DNA from: Candidatus Iainarchaeum sp.
Lineage (GTDB): Archaea > Iainarchaeota > Iainarchaeia > Iainarchaeales > JAZDEL01
Length of the DNA: 32,000 nt
Direction: 5' to 3'
Assembly: GCA_043808785.1 (NCBI GenBank)
Contig: JAZDEL010000009.1
Coordinates: forward strand, 150,001-182,000
Positions 1-6,461 of the stretch are shown in pieces (within the stretch, counting starts at the first letter, position 1; each line of letters starts with the position of its first letter). The position numbers were made by a program, and so were the translations under genes. Under the pieces are notes generated by a model that saw nothing but the letters and a program-made list of their open reading frames with translations, was not told where the DNA came from and made no database searches.

Positions 1-1
1 C

Positions 2-613
2 GGCATTGCTTTCACGGCATACCTTTCAACAGCCCTTGGAACATTCTCGGGCACAATCAGGCAGGCACAGGTTATGGGCACGCTTGAATCAATGCTCGTA
101 ACCCCCACAAGCTTCACGGTTATGCTATTCGCCTCCTCGGGGTGGAGCTTCATTACCACGACAATAAATGTAATTATCCACCTCCTTTTCGGCATTTTTG
201 TTTTCGGGGTTGATTTGGGGAACGCGGACATCCCCGCGGCGATTGCAATCCTTTTGCTCACAATTGTTTCCTTCGGCGCTGCGGGCATAATTTCCGCCTG
301 CACAATCCTGCTTTTCAAGCGCGGCAATATTTTTGCATGGGCTTTCAGCAGCGTATCCGCGCTCCTGTGCGGCACCCTTTACCCCATAACAATCCTTCCC
401 GCCTGGCTGCAGGCATTCTCATATTTTCTGCCGCTGACATATGCCCTGCACGGAATAAGGCTTGCGCTTTTGCAGGGCTACTCTTTGGGCGCGCTTGCGG
501 GGGATTTGCTTGCGCTGCTTGCATTTGCGGTTGTGCTCGTTCCTTTGAGCATTGCAGTGCTGCGTTTCACGCTCAGGAAGGCAAGGCTGGACGGAAGCAT
601 TGCGGGCTACTGA
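2..613 (+). CDS. ABC-2 type transporter permease, C-terminal part (5' end lies outside the window)
   Basis: The frame is open from nt 2 (GIAFTAYLSTALGTFSGTIRQAQVMGTLESMLVTP...). It has the QxGTLExxLVTP-type motif typical of ABC-2 permeases, followed by 4-5 hydrophobic helices. The C-terminus (...LRKARLDGSIAGY) resembles that of the second ABC-2 permease at 14754-15578 (...FRVMSVQGY). Confidence 0.8.
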   Translation, partial: GIAFTAYLSTALGTFSGTIRQAQVMGTLESMLVTPTSFTVMLFASSGWSFITTTINVIIHLLFGIFVFGVDLGNADIPAAIAILLLTIVSFGAAGIISACTILLFKRGNIFAWAFSSVSALLCGTLYPITILPAWLQAFSYFLPLTYALHGIRLALLQGYSLGALAGDLLALLAFAVVLVPLSIAVLRFTLRKARLDGSIAGY

Positions 614-638
614 GCAAAAAGGCGTGCAGCCAGCCCTC

Positions 639-1421
639 TCACTTTATTATCATCGGTGCAACTATTGTCTTGTGCTTCCAGTAGGGGCAGCTTTTTGGCG
701 GGTTTACCCCGCATATCCTGTAATCAATTTTTGAGAACCCTGTGCGCTTCAGCGCATTTAAGTGCTTTGCCGAGAAGCCTTTTTCCTCGTTTGAGTAGTA
801 AGTGAAAACCCCGCCTTTTTTGAGGAGCGAATACGCCTCCTTGAAAAACGGGTGGTGGTAGCGGAAAACAAGATTCAGCACCTTTTTCTTTGAGGCATCC
901 TCGACTATGCTGAACCGCGTCTTTGCCTTGCTGCAAAGGTGCGCCCCCCCGAGGTAGTAAGAATCAAACAGGATGCCGTCGAAACTCCCCTTAGGGAACC
1001 TGCCGATTGCGTCCTCCCAGAAGCCGGTTATTACATTTACCTTCCCTTCGGCAATTTCCTTTTTGAACATTTTTTCGGCGTGTGCGGAGATGCCCGGATG
1101 GACCTCTATTATCGTGTGGTTTTTCACCTTCGGGTTTTCCCGGATGGCCCTTGCCGCAAGCCCCATGCCGTAGCCGACCTCAAGGATGTTGCCGCCGTTT
1201 TTTGTGGCGATTGATGCCAGCGTTTTCATGTAGCTGCGTATCCAGGTGTCCATTACCTGCCAGCCGCCCACAGTAAGCGAATTTTTGGTGAAGCAGGCTG
1301 GCTGCCTTATGAAATCCTTCTCGTCGGGTATATTGGCGTAGCTTACCCTCGCATCCCCGGAACCGAGGTAGTTTTGAAGTGATGCGCCTGCAGCCATAGT
1401 TGAAACCCCCCGGATAACCAC
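639..1421 (-). CDS. Class I SAM-dependent methyltransferase, guanidinoacetate N-methyltransferase (GAMT)/RMT2-like
   Basis: Motif I is GGNILEVGYGMGLAARA. Recalled vertebrate GAMT blocks match along the protein: VMDTWIRSYMKTLA vs VMERWETPYMHALA, GSFDGILFDSYYL vs GHFDGILYDTYPL, LLKKGGVFTYYS vs LLKPGGVLTYCN, and NPPKSCPYW vs PPADCRYY. The GTG at 1421 lies 27 nt from the TATA centre at 1448. An alternative ATG is at 1397. Confidence 0.85.
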   Translation of the reverse strand: MVIRGVSTMAAGASLQNYLGSGDARVSYANIPDEKDFIRQPACFTKNSLTVGGWQVMDTWIRSYMKTLASIATKNGGNILEVGYGMGLAARAIRENPKVKNHTIIEVHPGISAHAEKMFKKEIAEGKVNVITGFWEDAIGRFPKGSFDGILFDSYYLGGAHLCSKAKTRFSIVEDASKKKVLNLVFRYHHPFFKEAYSLLKKGGVFTYYSNEEKGFSAKHLNALKRTGFSKIDYRICGVNPPKSCPYWKHKTIVAPMIIK

Positions 1422-1443
1422 TGCTACATTTATCTACAAGCAT

Positions 1444-1452
1444 CTTTATAAG
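1444..1452. promoter_or_regulatory. Single near-palindromic TATA box shared by divergent genes
   Basis: CTTTATAAG sits in the middle of the 54-nt spacer. Its centre (1448) is 27 nt from the GTG at 1421 (minus) and 27-28 nt from the GTG at 1476 (plus). This is the archaeal TATA-to-TSS spacing and implies two leaderless mRNAs. Confidence 0.5.
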
Positions 1453-1475
1453 AATTTCACTAGCCAGTTGGTTCT

Positions 1476-2159
1476 GTGCTGACTATCGTAGTGCCCTGCC
1501 ACAATGAGGAACAGAACCTGGAGGAATGCATCCGCAGGGTTCCGCAGATGCCGTGGGAAACCGAAATAATTGTGGTTGACGACGGCAGCACGGACCGAAC
1601 CGCGCATGTTTGCCGCGGGGTTGCGGGGGAAGAAAGGCGGAAAGGCAGGGCCGTGCGGCTTGTAAGTTACGGGAAAAGCCGCGGCAAGGGGTTTGCATTG
1701 AGGCGGGGTTTGGAAAGCGCGAATGGGGGGGTAGTTGCAATACTTGATGCCGACATGCAGAACCCGCCGGAGGAGCTGCCGCACATTGTGGAGCCCATAA
1801 TGAACGGAAGTGCGGATTTTGTCAACACAAACCGCTTTGCGGGGGGAGGGCACGGATTCAATTTTCATTCCGCAAGGAACAGGCTCCTCGCATTCTTCTT
1901 TGCGGGCATTACAGGCATAAATGTAAGGGACTGCCTGAGCGGAATGAAGATTTTCAGGGCGGAACCGCTGAAGGGGCGGCTTAAAGAGGACGGCTGGCCC
2001 GATTTTGAGCTGCTTGTGCTCGCAAAGAGGCGCGGGATGCGCATTGTCGAACTGCCTGTCGCCTACGAACCGCGCGAAAGCGGAAAGTCGAAGATGCTTA
2101 CCCTGCGCGGAAGCGCGGGGCTTTTCAGGGCTTTTGCAGCCTCGCTGCTGCGGCGTTAG
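1476..2159 (+). CDS. GT2 family glycosyltransferase, dolichyl/polyprenyl-phosphate sugar synthase (Dpm1)-like
   Basis: The N-terminus is LTIVVPCHNEEQNLEECI, followed by IIVVDDGSTDRT and the DxD-containing ILDADMQNPPEELPHIVEPIMNGSADFV. This is the canonical GT-A/GT2 layout. Confidence 0.9.
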   Translation: MLTIVVPCHNEEQNLEECIRRVPQMPWETEIIVVDDGSTDRTAHVCRGVAGEERRKGRAVRLVSYGKSRGKGFALRRGLESANGGVVAILDADMQNPPEELPHIVEPIMNGSADFVNTNRFAGGGHGFNFHSARNRLLAFFFAGITGINVRDCLSGMKIFRAEPLKGRLKEDGWPDFELLVLAKRRGMRIVELPVAYEPRESGKSKMLTLRGSAGLFRAFAASLLRR

Positions 2160-4120
2160 CCGCGTTTGCACTGCGCCGCGAATTCCGCGCCCGCGGAGCG
2201 CAAAATTGCGGCCTTTTTTTCAGGGAATTCGTAATACAGTTCGTCAAGCGCGCGGATTATCCCTGCGCAGCAGTCCGCACTGTGTGTGCTGCCGAATGCC
2301 GTGCACATTGCACTGAATTCCGCAGGCACGGGCCCGCGGCGGTAAATGCTTATGTATGCCGCCCCCGCCGTGCAGTCGCCGTAAAACTCGGCGGGAGTGC
2401 CGGTGCATGCGCCCGAAATTGCGCCAAGCTCAAAGTAGCATGCATTTCTGTAGCGCGGGGAAAGCATTGCGCAGGTTTCGGGGGACTGCGGGATGTATGC
2501 TGCAAGGGTTTCGGCACAGCAGTCCGCGCAAACTCCGTCAAGCACGCCGCACATTGCGTTTGCGGTTTCAATGTCGCGCCCGTAGGCCATTGCAATGCCC
2601 CACACAATTCCCGAGTGGCAGTGTTTCCTGTATTCCGCGGGAACGGCGGCGCACCTGCTGATGGCGCTCTCAAGGCGTTCGCTGCTGTTGCATTCCGTGC
2701 CTGCGCATCGCTTTGCGAATATCTCGCCATAGCCTATGCCCTGCCCCAGGCCCCAATAGCAGTGCGCCCTGTTCTGCGCGTCAAATTTCCCGCACTGTTC
2801 AAGCGCGGCGGGAATGTCCGCGCCGTGCATCCCGCCCGGCTTTTTGGCAAGCCAGCCATAACAGTAAGGCCTGTAAACAGAATCGCCGCCGAAATTGAGG
2901 TTGCCCGGCTTGATAAGTGCGAGGTTTGAGGCAAGGCCCGCAAGCAGCAGCAGGCAGATTGCGGCAAATGCCGCAGGCGCAGCCCAACGCGGCAGGCGCA
3001 CCACCCCCGCTTTCGCTGTGAGGAGTGAGAACGCCTGCGCGATAATTATGAACATAAAGGGCAGCAGCGGCACAAAATACCTGAATCCCTTGCCGCCGAA
3101 TTCGGGATTGACGGTGAAACTGCCGAGGAGGTAGCCTGCGGAATAAATAATGAAAAATGCAATAGGGAATGCGGGCAAAAGGCTTTTTATGCCGCCGCTA
3201 TGCCGTGCTTTGCCGAATAATGAAAACGCAACAAGCAGCAGGGAAAGCAAAAACACGGCATAGTAAATGCAATTAAGCATCCAACCGTCCAAAAACAAAA
3301 GAGCCCTGAAATTCAGGGATGCGGGAAGTTCAACAAGGATGTAATTGGCTGTTTTCGCTGGCAGGGCCGCAAGCCTTTCCCCCGCGCCCGAAACAAACAC
3401 GGCCCTTGCCTGAACAAACACCGAGGTGCCGTACGCAAGCGCATAGTAAATAGCGGGGCTGAATCCCGCAAGGAATGACGCCGAGAACACTGCAAAATTC
3501 CTGCGCAGGAAAAAGCCCCTGTCAATTGCAAGCCAAAAAATAATGCATGTTATTAGCATCCCCGCAGTCATGCCCCCGAACCACAACGAGAAGCCCGAGG
3601 CAATGCCGAATGCCGCGAAGTCGCGCGCGCGGCTTCTGCCCCCGTAAAAAATGCGGAAGAAGAGGAACATCATCAGGAGCGTCAAAAATGTGTCCTCAAA
3701 CGCGTGCTGGGAAATCAGGCCGCGCACTGTGAAGAGCGGCGGGGAGAGCAGGGCAAGCAGGGAGGCTGCGATTGCGGTTTTCTTGCCGAAATATCTCCTT
3801 GAAATCAGGCAGATAAGCGCAAATGTGCCGAGGGAGAATGTGAAGAGCATCATCAGCTTGAGAGTGAAGCCCGAAACCCCGAAAAGCGCAAAGAAGGGCG
3901 CAATCAGGAAGGGCAGGGAGAGCCCCGCGCCGTCGTAGGGCACCCACATGTAATCAAAGTAGGGCATTCTCAAGCCCCGCATAAGCTCAAGCGCAACCGT
4001 GCCGCGCACGCACTCCTCGTAGTCAAAAAGTTCAAGGGATGTTGAGGCAATAAGAAGCCTCAATATGAGGAATGCGAGGACCAGTGCAATGAAAATTTTG
4101 CGTTCGATAACCCGTTCCAT
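2156..4120 (-). CDS. Polytopic GT-C glycosyltransferase (PMT/ArnT-like, GT39/GT83-type) with a C-terminal cysteine-rich extracytoplasmic domain
   Basis: The N-terminal half carries an acidic first loop (FDYEEC) and about 10-12 hydrophobic helices, patterned like PMT_2/ArnT proteins. The last ~245 aa hold about 20 Cys in repeated (R/K)xxC(Y/H)xG(L/I)(G/V)xG blocks. The ATG at 4120 is preferred over the TTG at 4144 because the TATA at 4149-4160 sits about 30 nt upstream. Confidence 0.7.
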   Translation of the reverse strand: MERVIERKIFIALVLAFLILRLLIASTSLELFDYEECVRGTVALELMRGLRMPYFDYMWVPYDGAGLSLPFLIAPFFALFGVSGFTLKLMMLFTFSLGTFALICLISRRYFGKKTAIAASLLALLSPPLFTVRGLISQHAFEDTFLTLLMMFLFFRIFYGGRSRARDFAAFGIASGFSLWFGGMTAGMLITCIIFWLAIDRGFFLRRNFAVFSASFLAGFSPAIYYALAYGTSVFVQARAVFVSGAGERLAALPAKTANYILVELPASLNFRALLFLDGWMLNCIYYAVFLLSLLLVAFSLFGKARHSGGIKSLLPAFPIAFFIIYSAGYLLGSFTVNPEFGGKGFRYFVPLLPFMFIIIAQAFSLLTAKAGVVRLPRWAAPAAFAAICLLLLAGLASNLALIKPGNLNFGGDSVYRPYCYGWLAKKPGGMHGADIPAALEQCGKFDAQNRAHCYWGLGQGIGYGEIFAKRCAGTECNSSERLESAISRCAAVPAEYRKHCHSGIVWGIAMAYGRDIETANAMCGVLDGVCADCCAETLAAYIPQSPETCAMLSPRYRNACYFELGAISGACTGTPAEFYGDCTAGAAYISIYRRGPVPAEFSAMCTAFGSTHSADCCAGIIRALDELYYEFPEKKAAILRSAGAEFAAQCKRG

Positions 4121-4148
4121 AATCAAAACTAATTTAAAGTGCAAAGTA

Positions 4149-4160
4149 CATATAAATATC
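4149..4160. promoter_or_regulatory. TATA box in a very short divergent spacer
   Basis: CATATAAATATC lies between the minus-strand ATG at 4120 and the plus-strand ATG at 4168. With 27-nt spacing the plus-strand TSS would fall near 4182, next to an in-frame GTG at 4183. The PqqD gene may therefore really start there. Confidence 0.4.
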
Positions 4161-4167
4161 TGGTTCC

Positions 4168-4443
4168 ATGGCTCCGGAAAAAGTGTACTTTAGGGGGAAG
4201 AACATCCTGCGCAGGACTGTCGGGGGGAAAGAAATGATAGTGGATATTGGCAAGCAGACATTTTACCAGCTGAACACGGCGGGGACATTTGTGTGGGGGC
4301 AGATAAACGGCAGCAGGTGCACGGGTGAAATCGCGGCAAAGGTTGCAAAAAGGTTTGGCCTGCCCGAGGGGCGGGCAAGGGAAGATGTCGAGTCTTTCCT
4401 GAAAAGTATTGAAAAGGAAAAACTCGTAAGGCTGAAAGATTAA
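4168..4443 (+). CDS. PqqD-family protein (RiPP recognition element, lasso B1-like)
   Basis: 91 aa. The sequence is ...GGKEMIVDIGKQTFYQLNTAGTFVWGQINGSRCTGEIAAKVAKRFGLPEGRAREDVESFLKSIEKEKLV. This matches the PqqD pattern: beta strands, then xLNxtgxxiW, then a winged-helix tail ending in a fl..L...gL-type motif. The start may be the GTG at 4183. Confidence 0.8.
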   Translation: MAPEKVYFRGKNILRRTVGGKEMIVDIGKQTFYQLNTAGTFVWGQINGSRCTGEIAAKVAKRFGLPEGRAREDVESFLKSIEKEKLVRLKD

Positions 4444-4445
4444 GC

Positions 4446-4934
4446 ATGCTACAGGAGATGCATATGCTTTTCAGGCTGAAGAAAAAGCACCTGCGCCAGG
4501 CATGGAAGATTGCTGCAAGCCCTTCGGATGCCCTTCTTTTCATAGGGATATTTTTCAGCATCATAATTATTTCAGCCCTGCTTAAATTTTCAAACAGGAA
4601 AAGGATTTTCGAGATTATAAAGCCGGGGCGGGTGTTCAGGCCCGCAAACACGGACGAATACTGCCTCAAGCTCCGCAGGTATGCAAACTTCCTTTTGTCA
4701 AGGCGCACGCCGTGCTTCAGGCTCACCTGCATGAAAAGGGCGATTGTTTACTACATTTTTCTGAACATGGCAGGCATAGAATCAAGGCTGTGTTTTGGCG
4801 TGAGAAAAAATGACTGGGGGGATAAAGGTGCGCTTATGCATGCATGGGCAAGCGTGGGCAGCAAGCCCTTTCCCCCGAAAAGCGATGATGCCTCTGTTTT
4901 CAGGCAGGTGTGCTCGTTTCCCCGCGCGCGCTAG
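4446..4934 (+). CDS. Lasso-peptide B2-like leader peptidase (transglutaminase-core, McjB C-terminal type)
   Basis: It starts 2 nt after the PqqD stop. It has an N-terminal hydrophobic helix, then CMKRAIVYYIFLNMAGIESRLCFGVRKN...GALMHAWASVGSKPF. This matches the C...(L)xxGIxxxLxxGV...HAWV signature carrying the catalytic Cys and His of B2 proteins. Confidence 0.75.
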   Translation: MLQEMHMLFRLKKKHLRQAWKIAASPSDALLFIGIFFSIIIISALLKFSNRKRIFEIIKPGRVFRPANTDEYCLKLRRYANFLLSRRTPCFRLTCMKRAIVYYIFLNMAGIESRLCFGVRKNDWGDKGALMHAWASVGSKPFPPKSDDASVFRQVCSFPRAR

Positions 4935-5083
4935 GAAACCAATACCTGGCACCCGGCACCAGATGAGGCCTTCATGCAGGTTAATTTGGATGCATTTTTG
5001 TCAGCAACAGTGCATAGCGCGGCTGAAATTCTCTCAAATACCTCTTTGGACTCAATCGCCGGCTTTTCATATTTCCTCTTCAT
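4931..5083 (-). CDS. Candidate RiPP precursor peptide (50 aa): MKRKYEKPAIESKEVFERISAALCTVADKNASKLTCMKASSGAGCQVLVS
   Basis: The ATG at 5083 lies 7 nt downstream of the radical SAM stop (5091-5093), on the same strand. The peptide has a basic N-terminus, a YEKPAI motif (lasso leader YxxPxL type), three Cys in the C-terminal half and a C-terminal Ser. The six-frame track shows it only as the inner part of a 66-aa ORF (4931-5131). Confidence 0.5.
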   Translation of the reverse strand: MKRKYEKPAIESKEVFERISAALCTVADKNASKLTCMKASSGAGCQVLVS

Positions 5084-5090
5084 CGCAATA

Positions 5091-6176
5091 TTATGCACTT
5101 TTCTCTTTATTATTCTTTTCGTTTGCTGCAAGAGCCCTCCTTACGGCAAGCCTGTGAATCCTTGCCTGCCTGCAGCTTTCGCGCAACGGCATGTCAATGC
5201 CTCCCCCCTCAATCATTCTCAGCCCGGGGCAGGTAATGCAGTATGATTTCAGCCTGCAGGATGTGCAGGCTTCAAGTATTTGGCTTCCCGTTTCCCTTAG
5301 CTGTTTAAATGCTTCGGAATTATGCCAGATTTCCTTAAGGCTCCTTTCCCTTATGTTGCCGCCCCATATCCTGCCCAGCTCTATGCATGGAGATACATCG
5401 CCATAGGGGGAGATGCGGCAGGTATTCCTCCCCGCATAACAGCCTATCAGGTAAATGGGCTCTTTGTTATTCTCGCGTTCGGCAATCCTGCGCAGGATTG
5501 GGGTTTTTGAGCCCTTAAACCTGTCTGCATGCCATTCCGCCAGCTCCCTGTCGGAGAGCCTGAATTTGCACGGCCCTAGGGAACCGTCGTTCTTGGGGGT
5601 AACAAGCGCGGTGTGTGAAAACGTAATCTTTTTTTTCCTGCAGTGCTCTTTCAGGGGGGCGAACTCCCCCGCGTTCTGCTTCATGAATGTGCTTTTTGCA
5701 ACAACCTTAACCCTGCGCTTTTTTAGCAGGCGCATTGCCTCGATGGTTCTTTCAAGGGAGCCGGGCGTGCGTGTAATGCCGTCGTGTATTTCAGGCTTCA
5801 GGGAGAAGAGGCTTATCTCAACAGAGAGCGGGCTGAGGGATGCGAGTTTATCTGCCGCTTCCTCATCAATCAGCGTGCCGTTTGTAAGTATGCGTATGCC
5901 GAAGCCGCGTTTCCTTGCATAGCACGCTATTTCAAAGAAGTCCGCGCGCGCCAGCACCTCGCCGCCCGTGAATGTCAGAAAAAGGCAGCCCAGCTTTTCA
6001 AGCTGCCTTATTGCGGATTTTGCCTCCGCAGTTGTCAGTTCCTTTTCATGCCTTTGCACATTGTAGCACATTACGCAGTCCTGGTTGCATTTGTTTGTCA
6101 GCTCAATAATTGCCGAAATCGGGATGCACGCCTTTTCGGAATATCTCATCAGTTCTATGTATCCCATTGCCCGCAC
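5091..6176 (-). CDS. Radical SAM enzyme with C-terminal SPASM domain (RiPP maturase-like)
   Basis: The CxxxCxxC motif is NKCNQDCVMCYN, followed by FTGGEVL (a GGE motif). The C-terminal Cys cluster is GCYAGRNTCRISPYGDVSPC...ACTSCRLKSYCITCPG...ESC, enough for two auxiliary Fe-S clusters. The start is the GTG at 6176 or the ATG at 6167. Confidence 0.9.
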   Translation of the reverse strand: MRAMGYIELMRYSEKACIPISAIIELTNKCNQDCVMCYNVQRHEKELTTAEAKSAIRQLEKLGCLFLTFTGGEVLARADFFEIACYARKRGFGIRILTNGTLIDEEAADKLASLSPLSVEISLFSLKPEIHDGITRTPGSLERTIEAMRLLKKRRVKVVAKSTFMKQNAGEFAPLKEHCRKKKITFSHTALVTPKNDGSLGPCKFRLSDRELAEWHADRFKGSKTPILRRIAERENNKEPIYLIGCYAGRNTCRISPYGDVSPCIELGRIWGGNIRERSLKEIWHNSEAFKQLRETGSQILEACTSCRLKSYCITCPGLRMIEGGGIDMPLRESCRQARIHRLAVRRALAANEKNNKEKSA

Positions 6177-6185
6177 CTTGCAAGC

Positions 6186-6461
6186 CTACTTTGATTTCAT
6201 TACAAGCAGGCCTTCTTTCTCCAATTCATGCAGGAATTTCCGCACATCCCTTTGCACGGTTGTTTTTGCAGCATCATACTCCGCAAAGATTTTTTCAGCT
6301 ATGCCGCGCTCGCTGTTCCTGCTGTTTATCTTTCCCCATATTCTGGTGCCCGAGGCATTTAGCGTATATGCGCGGTAATTGCCTGTTTTTATTATCATTG
6401 CCTTTTTGCCAATGGCTCTTGAGGCAGTATCATTAGCCCTGCACGGCACTGCCGCTTTCAC
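6186..6461 (-). CDS. Second PqqD-family protein (RiPP recognition element)
   Basis: 91 aa. The sequence is ...AMIIKTGNYRAYTLNASGTRIWGKINSRNSERGIAEKIFAEYDAAKTTVQRDVRKFLHELEKEGLL, the same PqqD pattern as 4168-4443. Its GTG start overlaps the kinase stop (GTGA at 6458-6461). Confidence 0.75.
   Translation of the reverse strand: MKAAVPCRANDTASRAIGKKAMIIKTGNYRAYTLNASGTRIWGKINSRNSERGIAEKIFAEYDAAKTTVQRDVRKFLHELEKEGLLVMKSK

Noticed and set aside
1446-2171. The 241-aa minus-strand ORF
   Set aside because: It is antisense to the well-supported GT2 gene (1476-2159) and has a Pro/Arg/Ala-rich, motif-free composition.
4931-5131. The 66-aa version of the small ORF (MQQTKRIIKRKVHNIAMKRKYEK...)
   Set aside because: Its first 16 codons overlap the 3' end of the radical SAM gene in another frame. 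The internal ATG at 5083, 7 nt after the rSAM stop, gives a typical precursor-like N-terminus.
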